From positions 1-60,364 of IMG/VR virus record IMGVR_UViG_3300043468_000417: DNA of 60,364 nucleotides, one strand, 5' to 3'. Of the stretch, positions 46,198 through 57,051 are shown piece after piece. Numbering within the stretch: position 1 is the first letter of the stretch; each line of letters opens with the position of its first letter. The notes under the pieces are model-generated. The model was not told the DNA's origin. It was given only the letters and a program-made list of their open reading frames with translations, and searched no databases. The translations under genes were made by a program, and so were the position numbers. This DNA is from a virus. Lineage: Duplodnaviria; Caudoviricetes.

Positions 46198-48326
46198 TGA
46201 TAACCGCCTCAACTGCCCTTAAAACTTTACTAGAACAGCAATCTACAATTATAATAAACGCAGGTTGTACTGTAGAGTACAATATGAATACTTTAGTAGA
46301 CAGCATAGTTGTTTCTGGTGCAGATATAAGTAGAGCTGATTCAGCAGGTAACGTATATTATCCATTTAAAAAGTTGTTTCCAGTAGATACAGTTATTAAG
46401 CAAAATAGACCATTAGGGGCGGGAATTAAATACGCTATTGTAGGAGACATTGGAACAAATACATATAGAAATCCCAAAAGTAGTGAATATGGCGTAAGCT
46501 ATAGAACATATTATCCAGGATCAGAATCTGTTTATAAATATTATGTTTCAGACAAAGGTGTTGGGCTAGATGTAACTGCTACTTATCCAAAAACAATATT
46601 AACAAATAAAATAGTTATAAGATTTGAATTAGGACACTCTACTCCTTCTACATGGACTGTGTATAGCGGGTCTACACAATTAGCTACAGGTACAAGTTCT
46701 GATATAAAAGCTTTTGGAAATCCAGATGCTGGAACAGTAACAATTTATTATAACGGAACATCTTGGGTAAAAACAGAACCAGCATCTATATCAAATCCAA
46801 TTAACATGACAAGCCTTAGAGTAACCACAGGAGCGGTGACTGGAAAATATATTGGGCTTATCGAAATGTCACCTAGATGGATAAAAGATGTTACAGACAG
46901 AGTGGTAGATTTTGAAATCACAAAAGAAACTTCTAGCGGATCAGATGACATTTTACCAGTTGGATCAGTAACAGCAAACTCTCTTTCTCTTTCAATGGTA
47001 TCCTATGAAGATACCAGGGAAGTTGTATCATTTGATAAAACTATGACTTTTGATTCTACAAAAACTTATATGTATAAGGCTATAGAGGTTGTTCCGTATT
47101 TTAAGATATATCATTCTGATGGAGCTCTAACAGATTCTTCTGGAGCCTACGACAAAATTAAACAAGGTCTATTCTATGTAGATAGCTTTTCTATAGAAGA
47201 GTTTGGAAATGTTTCTGTAACTGCTCTAGACGGCGCAAGGATTTTACAACAACTAATTGCTCCTAGCATAGTCTGTAAAGACTATACAACGGTAGCAGTT
47301 ATCAGAACACTACTAGACAATATTGGATTTACTAATTATAATTTTAATATTACTTCTACTGACACATCTATATTTTCACCAAGATACTGGTGGACTGATG
47401 ATGGTGGAACAGTATGGGATTCTATTCAGAGGCTATGCAGAGATTCACAAATGGTAGCGTTATTTGACGAAAACAATGTTTTGCAATTTTATACTAGAGA
47501 ATATTTATTTAGTACAGTTGGCAAAACACCAATAGAATTTAGATATAGTGCAAGTGGAAGCAACCTTCCAAATATTTTATCATTTAATAAACAAGATCTT
47601 CCTTCAGCAAATCAGGTAAAGGTACTTTGGAAAAGTGTTACTACAAATAATTATACTGGAAACTCTCAGCCACTATGGGCATCTGGAGAAAGAAATTTAG
47701 GAGCACTATCTTTAGAAGGAGATATCTCAGCAATTTCTGGTCAAACAGTTGGGCCATACAGCGTATCTGGAACTAACTCTTACGTAAAATTAAATTTAGT
47801 TGTTGCAAACGATGCTCTTAAGAGTAATGTTTTAAACGAGTATAGCGGATACCTTGTAATAGATTCAGAAATTATAGAATACGATGCAATACAATACGAA
47901 TACACAGATTTGTCTGGAGTAAGGCAATCTAAAGATATTACAAGCGGCTCTGAGGCACTTAAATATCTTGGGCTAAGTCAGCCAGGGGCAAGTAACTATC
48001 AGCCAAATGGAAAGTATAGAATTAAAACACGAGGAGCATTTGGAACAAAAATAGTTGCACACTATAAGCAAGAGAATATATTAAACTCTTGGGCAGGCTA
48101 CGACACTGTTTGGAGCGAAGCTAGCGGCTCTACTCCAGTATTAACAAATGTTGCAAGCGTGACAGCTACAGTTGCTACAACTCAAGTTCCGACAGACTCC
48201 CCATTTGATGCAGATGCATATATAAAAAGTTTAACTTCTCAGGGTTGGACTCAAGCAGAAGCTGCTTCTTCAGCTAGATATGCTGCTCAAGCCGAGTACT
48301 GGTATCGTACGTTAGGAATAAGATAA
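46197..48326 (+). CDS. Tail tip/baseplate hub protein
   Basis: LPVGSVTAN, GLFYVDSF, TVWDSIQRLCRD; synteny. Confidence 0.65.
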   Translation: MITASTALKTLLEQQSTIIINAGCTVEYNMNTLVDSIVVSGADISRADSAGNVYYPFKKLFPVDTVIKQNRPLGAGIKYAIVGDIGTNTYRNPKSSEYGVSYRTYYPGSESVYKYYVSDKGVGLDVTATYPKTILTNKIVIRFELGHSTPSTWTVYSGSTQLATGTSSDIKAFGNPDAGTVTIYYNGTSWVKTEPASISNPINMTSLRVTTGAVTGKYIGLIEMSPRWIKDVTDRVVDFEITKETSSGSDDILPVGSVTANSLSLSMVSYEDTREVVSFDKTMTFDSTKTYMYKAIEVVPYFKIYHSDGALTDSSGAYDKIKQGLFYVDSFSIEEFGNVSVTALDGARILQQLIAPSIVCKDYTTVAVIRTLLDNIGFTNYNFNITSTDTSIFSPRYWWTDDGGTVWDSIQRLCRDSQMVALFDENNVLQFYTREYLFSTVGKTPIEFRYSASGSNLPNILSFNKQDLPSANQVKVLWKSVTTNNYTGNSQPLWASGERNLGALSLEGDISAISGQTVGPYSVSGTNSYVKLNLVVANDALKSNVLNEYSGYLVIDSEIIEYDAIQYEYTDLSGVRQSKDITSGSEALKYLGLSQPGASNYQPNGKYRIKTRGAFGTKIVAHYKQENILNSWAGYDTVWSEASGSTPVLTNVASVTATVATTQVPTDSPFDADAYIKSLTSQGWTQAEAASSARYAAQAEYWYRTLGIR

Positions 48327-49561
48327 TGAGTAATCAAAGATCAATTCAAACATCATTATTTTCTTTAACAAATAATAGTACAAATCCAAATCAACATTCT
48401 GTTGCAATTAAAAACTCTGGAATATCAACTTCTTATTCATATTATGCATTTGGAACAGCAATGTTTTTCCCAGGAACAGTTAATGATGTTGTTAGTTCTG
48501 GAGGATTAGGATTTTTTACTAGCTCAAACGGAAATACTGGATACTACGTGTCGGTTCAAACTACTACTCATTTATCTGATACAGCAGATAAAGAAATAAA
48601 AATTTATAAAGTTGTTAACGGTAAAAAAACTATTTTAGCAGATAGCCAACAGACTCCTTCAAAAACACTAACTGGAGTTTTAGCTGGAACAGTATATAAA
48701 CTTGACGTTAACGTAATTGTTGAATCTACTTACGTTACAATTGATGCTTATGTAAATAGCTATAAAATAACGGCCACAGATAGTGTTTCTCCATTAAGCA
48801 AAACAAGCAACGTTGCAATGTTTGCAAATAGCGGAAAAGTTAATTACGATTACATATATGCTGCTCCAATAACCGAAGATCAATATAAAAGCGGAATTAT
48901 GCAAAATGTATATGAAGGTAAATATGGTCCAAAAACTCTTAGCTTTCTATATGGTGATAAAATTATTGAAAACAAGAACATATCTTCTGGGCAGTCTGCA
49001 TGGCTTGAAGAGTTTGGAACAACAGCCAGAGAACTAAAACAAATAAAAATTAAATATCAAGATCGACCAGCTGACCCGCTATTTGCCACAGTAGGTATAA
49101 ATAAACTAGCAAACATTTTAGGGCAAAGGCTGACCTCATTTGGAGCTGAGGTTTTTGTTTTGAATAATTCTGGAATGATGATACCATTAGCAGACGGCAA
49201 CCTTTATTCGTTTGCTGTAGTCGGAAACTCTATAACAATTTCTGGAGAGCATGAGTATAGCTCTAATACATTAAGTGATACAACCAACCCAGAACCAGTA
49301 GTTTTTGAGACAGCATGGATTCAAAGAGAAGACGATGCTAAAAACTTAGCAACATGGATACAGACCCAATGGTCAAAACAGCAGAGGGTTGTTGAAATGG
49401 AAATATTTAGTAACCCACTTATTTCGGTTGGAGATATCATAACTATTAATTATCCAAAAAATGATTTAGACGGAACTCAAAAATTTGTAGTAACCAGAGT
49501 AAACAATTCATTTAGAGAGGGACTAAATACTAGTATATCAGCACGTTCTATTTATAGCTGA
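48326..49561 (+). CDS. Tail tip protein (hub C-terminal-like)
   Basis: WIQREDDA...NPLISVGDIITI hub-type C-terminus. Confidence 0.6.
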   Translation: MSNQRSIQTSLFSLTNNSTNPNQHSVAIKNSGISTSYSYYAFGTAMFFPGTVNDVVSSGGLGFFTSSNGNTGYYVSVQTTTHLSDTADKEIKIYKVVNGKKTILADSQQTPSKTLTGVLAGTVYKLDVNVIVESTYVTIDAYVNSYKITATDSVSPLSKTSNVAMFANSGKVNYDYIYAAPITEDQYKSGIMQNVYEGKYGPKTLSFLYGDKIIENKNISSGQSAWLEEFGTTARELKQIKIKYQDRPADPLFATVGINKLANILGQRLTSFGAEVFVLNNSGMMIPLADGNLYSFAVVGNSITISGEHEYSSNTLSDTTNPEPVVFETAWIQREDDAKNLATWIQTQWSKQQRVVEMEIFSNPLISVGDIITINYPKNDLDGTQKFVVTRVNNSFREGLNTSISARSIYS

Positions 49562-49580
49562 TAAATGGTATAATAAAAAT

Positions 49581-49979
49581 ATGGCAACAAATAAAAAGGA
49601 ATCAACCACCTCCGTTGGAGTAGTAGCACCATTAACAGACTATGCCGATGGAATAACTACTTATTATTTGGCCCCCCACTTTGGAAGAAATTATCCAGTA
49701 AGAAGAGACGGGGATATGATATCCGTATCCCTAGAAGACGAGTCCTTTGTTGTGGCAGGAGATGATGGCCCAGATGGTCCAGATTCTATAGAAGACCCTA
49801 ATAATCCAGAAAAACCAGGGCTTGTCAGAAGATCTCCAACTCTTATGGACATAGAATTAATTTCTAATGAAGTTGTTTATGACGCTTTAAATAATCCAAC
49901 TGCAAAAGTTACTTTTAGAATTAGAAATTCAAGCGGGGAATCAGTAAAAGCAGTAAACGTTTTAGTGGAGAAAAAATGA
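49581..49979 (+). CDS. Hypothetical protein
   Basis: TGGTATAAT 6 nt upstream (leaderless). Confidence 0.6.
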   Translation: MATNKKESTTSVGVVAPLTDYADGITTYYLAPHFGRNYPVRRDGDMISVSLEDESFVVAGDDGPDGPDSIEDPNNPEKPGLVRRSPTLMDIELISNEVVYDALNNPTAKVTFRIRNSSGESVKAVNVLVEKK

Positions 49980-50878
49980 TAACTAAATTTGGCAAAAGAT
50001 TTCTTATAGATTTTATTGCTGGAAATTCAAACTTTACGTCTAAAGATTTAGCTATAGGTATTGCTACTGGAACCCAACTATCTGAAGCAGACACCAACAC
50101 AAGACTGGGTTTTGAAATTTATAGAATGCCAGTAAGTTTGTCATCTATTAATATTGAAAGTGATGGATCTGGAGGATTTAACTATTATTCAATATTTAAA
50201 GCTACAATACCTCAAGATATCTCTGGAGTAATAACAGAGATTGGGTTATATCCTGGACTTAGAAAGTCTATTAATTTTTATGATAGCAAGTTTATAACAG
50301 CGTTTGAAAATAATATTTTATGGGTAGACTCCAGCGGTAATAGCCCAGCACTTGAATCAAATTCAACAGATGGAACCACATTTGTTTCTAAAATAGGCGA
50401 GAATATGGTTAGATTTAATGTTACCCAGTCTACATCAAAGGAATACAAAAATACAATTGCTTTACTAGATTTATCTGGATATAGCGTAAATGATAGCCTT
50501 ACCCTAGCATACAAAAAAGCAGATAACAACACTTCAAAAATTAGAGTTAAGTTCTATAGTTCTAGTTCTGCATATTATTATGTTGATTTTACTCCATCTG
50601 GATCAAATGAGGATAAAATTCAATCTGTTTCAATGTCTACTCTTTTTAGTAACATTGTGGGTTCACCAGATTTAACAAATATTACAAGCATAGGAGTTGA
50701 GGTTACTGCAGGATCTGGCGGAAACACCGTCGTATACTTTGATGGACTTAGGGTTAATGATGAAGATACATTTGACCCACAATATGGTTTAATAGCAAGA
50801 CATGTTCTAACAACCCCACTTAAAAAGCCATCAGGTCGTCCAGTAGACGTAGAGTATAAATTGCAACTGGAGTTTTAA
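49976..50878 (+). CDS. Minor tail/baseplate protein
   Basis: MITKFGK...AIG...LGFEIYR...ITEIGLY fibre-anchor-like motif. Confidence 0.6.
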   Translation: MITKFGKRFLIDFIAGNSNFTSKDLAIGIATGTQLSEADTNTRLGFEIYRMPVSLSSINIESDGSGGFNYYSIFKATIPQDISGVITEIGLYPGLRKSINFYDSKFITAFENNILWVDSSGNSPALESNSTDGTTFVSKIGENMVRFNVTQSTSKEYKNTIALLDLSGYSVNDSLTLAYKKADNNTSKIRVKFYSSSSAYYYVDFTPSGSNEDKIQSVSMSTLFSNIVGSPDLTNITSIGVEVTAGSGGNTVVYFDGLRVNDEDTFDPQYGLIARHVLTTPLKKPSGRPVDVEYKLQLEF

Positions 50879-53419
50879 ATGTCGGAACTAGATACAGCTA
50901 CCCTGCAAAAGTATTATCCTAAAGATTTAATTATAAATCCTACCTCAGAAATTTTAGCAGCAAACACTGCAACGGATAAAAATAATTTTACAGTTGTTGT
51001 GCCAAATTTAAAAATAGATTCAAATTATGCATTTCAGTTTCAGTATGTTTTTGAAGATGGTGTAAAAAGTGATTGGTCCCCAGGAAAACTCGTAACTACA
51101 AACCAAGAAACAATCCCAGGTGCCCCCGTTATAGTTGTAGAAGGAGGGGCAGGTTTTATAAAAGTAACTCTTGCAACTTTTCCTGCAAATGCCTCACGAG
51201 TAGACATAAGAATATCTGGTGGAACTTTTGGAAGTGGAACGGTTGTTGCAGATTCTTTTACTTCTGCTGGAACAAAAACAATTACCGCAGCAGGTGGTTC
51301 TGGAAGTGGATCACCTTATTCTGTTTCTGCAATTACAATACGTCCTACAAAAAATGGAACAGCATCAACCCCAGTAACTGTTTATGTTACAGACCCCACT
51401 TCTACCCTGGTTGTTGAACCATCAGCAACTCCGTCCACCCCCACAGTATTATCAGTAGTTGGAGCTATACAGTTATCTTGGAACGGAAAAAAATCTGACG
51501 GGGGAGACCAGCCAGCAGGTTTTAAAGCAGCAAAAGTATATGTTGGCACATCTTCTAATTTTACACCAATAGATTCAGGCAATCAAAACGCCAATCAGGT
51601 AGATGTTTTGGATTTTGGAAATGGACAAAATACTTTAAACATAGGTGTAGGCACCATTGTAAATGGTGTTGCAATAACATATGATACAGATTATTACGTA
51701 AAAATAAAAACTACAAACGGAAATGCTACAGAAGATTCTTCTGCTGTAGCTGCTACTGGTAACCCAGTTCAAATAGGAAAAGTTGGAAATAACGGACTTA
51801 TTGAGATTACTGCAGATAAAATTACAACTGGAACCCTTCAGTCAAATTCTACTATAACTGTAGGTGCGGTTGGTGGAAGAAGGGTTGAACTAAGAGGAAG
51901 CGGAGTACCATTTGAGATATTTGGAACTGGAGGATCTTCTTTACTTTCATATAATGCATCTTCTAATAAACTTTCTATAACTGGTGAAGGAACATTTAGC
52001 GGAGCACTACAGGCAGCAAGTGGTGATTTTACTGGAAGCCTTCAGGTTGGATCTTCGAGCAATCCAGTAATTACTAATATCACTTCAGACGGAACCTATT
52101 TAACAATTTTTGCTAAAACCATACTTGCGGTTGGAGATGTAATTTCTATTTCTGGAGTAAGGTCATCAAATGCATTTGTTACTGTTACAAATGCTGTAGG
52201 AAGTGGCACTAGTGTTACATACACTGGAAACAATACATTTTCTGTTGGAGAAACAGTAACAGTTTCAGGTATAACTCCTTTTCAATATAATTTAAAAGGC
52301 GTAGTATCTAGTAGAACAAACAGCCAATTTATTATATCTAGCAATAAAACTGGAGCGTATATAAGTGGAGGAGTTGCTGGATACCCCCACGCTTTTGATC
52401 TGAATAGTCTTACAGTAAATAGAATAACAGATGCTGCTGGAAATCATATAACTACTTCTGGAGTAGATGTTTATGCAGAAAGTTTTAGGGTTACCAATTC
52501 AACTACTGGATCTTATACTTCTGGAGGCTCAATAGTTAGATCTGCATTTCAAGTAGGTTCTACTGGAATATTAAAAGCCGCAGAAGGAATTATTGGCGGT
52601 TGGCTAATAAATGGAAGCAAATTAGTTAGTTCTGGAACAGTAAATAGAATTGAACTAGATCCCCTTACACCAGCCATTACTCTTAACAACTCACTTGGAA
52701 ATATTACAATAAGTGCATCTAATGGTATAGCTCACAGTAGTGGCAGTTTTACTTTGACGCCAGGAGGAAATTTAACTATATCTGGAGTAATTACAGCAAG
52801 CTCAGGATCTAATATTGCAGGTTGGCAAACAACTTCTACTGCTATATCTGCGGGCGGAGTTTCTCTAAATAGTTCTGGCAGTGTTGTTTCTACAGGAAAT
52901 CTAACTGGATTTTTAGGAGAATTGGTTCCTACAACTTCAACTTTATCTAGTGGATACTTAGATCTTTACTCTAATGAAAATACAGTAGCATTTTTAGGTA
53001 TGAGTGATGGTTTAACTTCAGGTAGCGGATCAATTATAAGAAATAATACAAATCAACTTAAAACAACTGCTGCTGGAATTAGGCTAGATGTTACAAGTCA
53101 ACAAAATGGAGTCCCTATTGGCGGATTTTACATAACACATGTTTCTGGAGACTATAATGTTCATTTTGGACTTTATAATACTGCTGGATCTCCTACTTCA
53201 AGAAGATTTGTGTTTGATCATTGGAACAATGCAACACAACGAAATCAAGACAACTATGCTGCTGCTTATGATACATTAACTCAATCTTTAAGACCATTGG
53301 TTATAGATAGTGACGGCAGCGCAGGCTTAGGATGGTCTCAATATTTTTCAACTACTCAAACAACAACTCCGTCATCTGGCACAGGTGCCAACGGAGATAT
53401 ATATTTAAGCACGGCGTGA
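50879..53419 (+). CDS. Tail fibre/spike with FN3-like domains
   Basis: ITADKITTG, GIIGGWLI, beta-rich; ends GANGDIYL. Confidence 0.7.
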   Translation: MSELDTATLQKYYPKDLIINPTSEILAANTATDKNNFTVVVPNLKIDSNYAFQFQYVFEDGVKSDWSPGKLVTTNQETIPGAPVIVVEGGAGFIKVTLATFPANASRVDIRISGGTFGSGTVVADSFTSAGTKTITAAGGSGSGSPYSVSAITIRPTKNGTASTPVTVYVTDPTSTLVVEPSATPSTPTVLSVVGAIQLSWNGKKSDGGDQPAGFKAAKVYVGTSSNFTPIDSGNQNANQVDVLDFGNGQNTLNIGVGTIVNGVAITYDTDYYVKIKTTNGNATEDSSAVAATGNPVQIGKVGNNGLIEITADKITTGTLQSNSTITVGAVGGRRVELRGSGVPFEIFGTGGSSLLSYNASSNKLSITGEGTFSGALQAASGDFTGSLQVGSSSNPVITNITSDGTYLTIFAKTILAVGDVISISGVRSSNAFVTVTNAVGSGTSVTYTGNNTFSVGETVTVSGITPFQYNLKGVVSSRTNSQFIISSNKTGAYISGGVAGYPHAFDLNSLTVNRITDAAGNHITTSGVDVYAESFRVTNSTTGSYTSGGSIVRSAFQVGSTGILKAAEGIIGGWLINGSKLVSSGTVNRIELDPLTPAITLNNSLGNITISASNGIAHSSGSFTLTPGGNLTISGVITASSGSNIAGWQTTSTAISAGGVSLNSSGSVVSTGNLTGFLGELVPTTSTLSSGYLDLYSNENTVAFLGMSDGLTSGSGSIIRNNTNQLKTTAAGIRLDVTSQQNGVPIGGFYITHVSGDYNVHFGLYNTAGSPTSRRFVFDHWNNATQRNQDNYAAAYDTLTQSLRPLVIDSDGSAGLGWSQYFSTTQTTTPSSGTGANGDIYLSTA

Positions 53420-53424
53420 TATAA

Positions 53425-55542
53425 ATGCCTAGTATATGGAGAAAATCTGGCGGCAGCTGGGTTAAGATTAAAACTGTTTATAGGAAAACAAACGGATCTT
53501 GGCAATCAGTTAAACGTATTTGGAGAAAATCAGACGGAACATGGAGGCTTGTATTTTTACAATCTCTTACTCCGTCAATTGCTCAACAGGTTTCTATAAG
53601 CATGCTTACAACAACAACACAAACTAAAACATTAGTTGGAACTTTATATCGCTGGAGCGATGCAACATCAGTAACTTATCAGTTTGCAAAAAGTACAAAT
53701 GATATAACGTACAGTAATATTTCTGGAGCATCTGGTACATCTACAAATCCTACGACTAGTAATACCTTAGACAGATACACTCTTTCTCAATCAGATGTTA
53801 GTCCAAACACTACAAATTATTATAAATATATTTCTAAAGGAATTAACTCAACATTTGGAACAGAGCAAACATCAGCATCTGATTATATTACTTTAGAGGC
53901 ATCTAGAGATTTAACTCTTACATCTACAAAAACTTCTACGTCAATAACAGTTTCTTGGACAAACGATACCTACTCTGGAAGATATGAATATCAATATAAA
54001 TTATCATCTAGTGGTACATATGGAACATCTGTATTTATTGCTCCTGGATCTACTACAACATCATTTACTTTATCTTCTTTATTAAACGATACAAATTATG
54101 ATATTCAGGTAAGAGGATGGACTGGAACATCTAGTGGTTTTGGATATTACGGTAACTGGTCAACAATTACTGTTAGAACAGATCCTCCAACTGCACCGAA
54201 TTCACCTACTAATGTTCGAGCTGCTTCTGGAACAATAGACACTGATAGTTTCTTTTTAGAATGGACTGCTTCCACAGTTGATTCAACACACGATGCTGCA
54301 ACATCTTATGATTTTGGTATTAATAGCTCATCCAATAATCCACCAACAAATTTAATCACTACTGGAAATCCAGGAGTTGGTCAATATAGAAATAAACTTA
54401 TTGCAGATACAAATCTATACGAACTTATAAGCAGCTTGTCTTCAAACACTACTTATTATGCATATGTTAGAGCTAAAAACTCAGGAGGCTCATCTTCTTG
54501 GGCAGCCTCTGGCGCAATTACAACAGAAGCATTGAAGCCACCTAATAACATAACTAATTTAATAAAAGATACATCTGTTGACTCTGAAACAAGTTTAAAA
54601 TTTACATGGACTGCTCCATCAACTGATAGTACCCATAATGAGGCAACAAGCTATGTATATTCTTATGGAACTACAAATTCAGCGCCTACCAATAATGGAG
54701 ACTACGAGACATTTGGCGGAGGAGCTGGCACCGAAATAACTCTTACAGGATTAACTGGTAATACAACATACTATATTTTTATTAAAGCAAAAAATGCTGA
54801 TGGGTTGTCGTCTACATGGGTGAGCCAAAGTGGAAAAACAAAAGCGGCATCAAATCCTCCAGGAACTCCAACAAGTGTTAGTTTAGGAAACCCTTCACAA
54901 TCGGGACTTAGATTCACTTGGGCTGCAGGAACTGGTGGAACACCTACATCTTATGTTATTGCATTAAGCACTACTACAACAGAACCAACTACTGAAAATC
55001 TTTTTGACTATGATGATTTTTACTATGATACAGCTACTACAACCACCAACTTTACTTTTGGGCTCTTAGACCCAAACAAGACTTACTATGCTTGGGTAAA
55101 AGCAAGAAATGCAGATGGGACTTCGGCTTCTGTGAGAAGAAACGCTACTACAGCAGCTGCCCCTAGTGTTGGAGCGCCGACCTGGACTTCGGCAACAAAC
55201 TTTCAAAGAACTTCTACACAAATAAGATGGGGCTGGGGAAATACTGGAACTTTATCCCCAACATCTGGAACATACACAGCAATGACTAGAAGCACAATGT
55301 TTTGGCAATTTTATACAACTTCAACAACAAATACCGTTACTGCTTCAGGATCTAAAGACTATACAACAACCAATGATACTAGAACAACTGTAAACTCAGT
55401 AAACTTTCCATATTTGTTGACTAGCGGATCTAGCTCACCAGATGTTACCTATAGCACCAGCGGTAGGTTTGTTAGAGTTCAGGCATCAGCGTATGATTAT
55501 GACGGCAAATCCTGGGATTCAGCATGGACGGCAAGAATATGA
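53425..55542 (+). CDS. FN3-repeat tail fibre protein
   Basis: Four LxxNxxYY/D FN3 repeats; RKxxGxW N-terminal repeats. Confidence 0.75.
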   Translation: MPSIWRKSGGSWVKIKTVYRKTNGSWQSVKRIWRKSDGTWRLVFLQSLTPSIAQQVSISMLTTTTQTKTLVGTLYRWSDATSVTYQFAKSTNDITYSNISGASGTSTNPTTSNTLDRYTLSQSDVSPNTTNYYKYISKGINSTFGTEQTSASDYITLEASRDLTLTSTKTSTSITVSWTNDTYSGRYEYQYKLSSSGTYGTSVFIAPGSTTTSFTLSSLLNDTNYDIQVRGWTGTSSGFGYYGNWSTITVRTDPPTAPNSPTNVRAASGTIDTDSFFLEWTASTVDSTHDAATSYDFGINSSSNNPPTNLITTGNPGVGQYRNKLIADTNLYELISSLSSNTTYYAYVRAKNSGGSSSWAASGAITTEALKPPNNITNLIKDTSVDSETSLKFTWTAPSTDSTHNEATSYVYSYGTTNSAPTNNGDYETFGGGAGTEITLTGLTGNTTYYIFIKAKNADGLSSTWVSQSGKTKAASNPPGTPTSVSLGNPSQSGLRFTWAAGTGGTPTSYVIALSTTTTEPTTENLFDYDDFYYDTATTTTNFTFGLLDPNKTYYAWVKARNADGTSASVRRNATTAAAPSVGAPTWTSATNFQRTSTQIRWGWGNTGTLSPTSGTYTAMTRSTMFWQFYTTSTTNTVTASGSKDYTTTNDTRTTVNSVNFPYLLTSGSSSPDVTYSTSGRFVRVQASAYDYDGKSWDSAWTARI

Positions 55543-55790
55543 CGTTTTCTTTATATGATAAAATACGCATGGTTGAAAAAAGAGTTATAGAAAAATCTAG
55601 GGCTAGAGAGGCTCTATGGGAAAAAATTAATTCAGAGGGCCTATACTGGGAAGATATTCCTGACCACGAATATATGAAGCAGATAGAAGAATTTAGGGTA
55701 GTAATTAATGCTCTAATGACAGAAAGAGACCTCTTGTATAAAATTATAGAGGATGATACAATAGGAAGGGAGGCTACAAATGACTTATGA
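55539..55790 (+). CDS. Hypothetical protein
   Basis: ATGA overlap at 55539-55542. Confidence 0.55.
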   Translation: MTFSLYDKIRMVEKRVIEKSRAREALWEKINSEGLYWEDIPDHEYMKQIEEFRVVINALMTERDLLYKIIEDDTIGREATNDL

Positions 55791-56004
55791 ATTAGACAAT
55801 CAAGACAAGATTAATATGGTTAATCAACATATTAAAAATTTAAGCTACGCTAAGTATGATGCAGAGCTATCAAAAATTGAAGCATTAGCAGTTAATACTG
55901 TTGAGCAAGTTGCTTCAATGTCTTTTCAAGATCAAATAGATGATCTTACTGCTAAAATTCTAAAATTAGAAGAAGTTTTAGATACATTACACCCAACAGA
56001 ATAG
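55780..56004 (+). CDS. Small coiled-coil protein
   Basis: GGGAGG RBS; TTGTAT-N17-TACAAT at 55734-55762. Confidence 0.65.
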   Translation: MTYELDNQDKINMVNQHIKNLSYAKYDAELSKIEALAVNTVEQVASMSFQDQIDDLTAKILKLEEVLDTLHPTE

Positions 56005-56011
56005 GACTAAA

Positions 56012-56197
56012 ATGGCAGAAAAAGCAGAGCTAGTTATTACCGCCCTACAGCAACGCATAGGAGAAATCGTATCAAATTATGAAACTCAAATTGCAATACT
56101 CAGGGCAGAAATTACTAATCTTATTGAAGAGAAAAAGGAAAAAGTTGATGCTATTCAAGCGTATGAAGAGCAACTTAATAATATCACAGGCGACTAA
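56012..56197 (+). CDS. Small coiled-coil protein
   Basis: 61 aa with heptads; AGGA RBS. Confidence 0.65.
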   Translation: MAEKAELVITALQQRIGEIVSNYETQIAILRAEITNLIEEKKEKVDAIQAYEEQLNNITGD

Positions 56198-56543
56198 CTT
56201 TCCTTCTGGTATAGCTGTCAAGGCAGATAAAGACACATATTGGATTAAAGATGGTAAAAGATATAGATTGATTTCGGATAGGGCCGCCCAGTCTTGGTGC
56301 TTTACTACGGTATTAGCAACTGAGGCGGCATTATCAGGAATCAAACTTGTAGGCAAATTAGGTTTTAGAGACGGCACCTTGATCAAGAACGTCGCAGATG
56401 GTAAAATGTATCTAGTATCACAGAATAAACTAAGACACATTGTAGACCCAGATTCCTTTAATCGATACGGTCTTGATAGGTCAAAAATTATTGAAGTTTC
56501 TGAAAAAGAAATTTCAGCACATGATTTAGGAGAAAATTTATAA
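56148..56543 (+). CDS. Hypothetical protein with two internal repeats
   Basis: GIAVK...YWIKDGKRY / GTLIK...YLVSQNKLR; start uncertain. Confidence 0.6.
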   Translation: MLFKRMKSNLIISQATNFPSGIAVKADKDTYWIKDGKRYRLISDRAAQSWCFTTVLATEAALSGIKLVGKLGFRDGTLIKNVADGKMYLVSQNKLRHIVDPDSFNRYGLDRSKIIEVSEKEISAHDLGENL

Positions 56544-56965
56544 TGGCAGCATTTGATGACGGAACCCCTTTAGACGCAGCTGCTCTACAGGATCTTGATA
56601 GAAGACTTGTTGAATTAAAAGCTAGCATACCTAAAATTGGCTCCGCTGCAACAACAAACACTCCTGGTAGTTTAGAAAATTTAACAGTTTCTGCTAAACA
56701 GATATTGGGCGGGATAAGTGATTCAGTAAAACTTGTTCCAGGAAAAGCAGTTCCGTTTACAATTAATTTTAAAACTACGCTAGACTCGACTCCAAAAGCG
56801 GTAGTATTAACTCCTATAAGAACTGCAAATATACCAAGCGTATTTAGTTTTGCAGTAGATAGCAAAACTTTAAGCGCATCAGGAGTTTCAGGAAATGCTT
56901 ATTTAAACTCAGCGGCAAAAGAAGGCTACACAATTCATTTCTATTGGATGGTAATTTGTCACTAG
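56543..56965 (+). CDS. Small virion protein, possible lectin-like C-terminus
   Basis: FDDGTPLDAAAL, INF...TPKAVVLT, FYWMVI. Confidence 0.55.
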   Translation: MAAFDDGTPLDAAALQDLDRRLVELKASIPKIGSAATTNTPGSLENLTVSAKQILGGISDSVKLVPGKAVPFTINFKTTLDSTPKAVVLTPIRTANIPSVFSFAVDSKTLSASGVSGNAYLNSAAKEGYTIHFYWMVICH

Positions 56966-57036
56966 CCTATTGACAGGCTGCTTAGATATGCTACAATTTA
57001 TATAATATCAAGGTCACGACTCCGTGACCCTTTTTT
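56964..57036 (+). promoter_or_regulatory. Promoter followed by terminator-like hairpin
   Basis: TTGACA-N16-TACAAT with TG; GGTCACG-ACTC-CGTGACC-CTTTTTT. Confidence 0.65.
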
Positions 57037-57051
57037 ACGCAGGGAAGTTAA

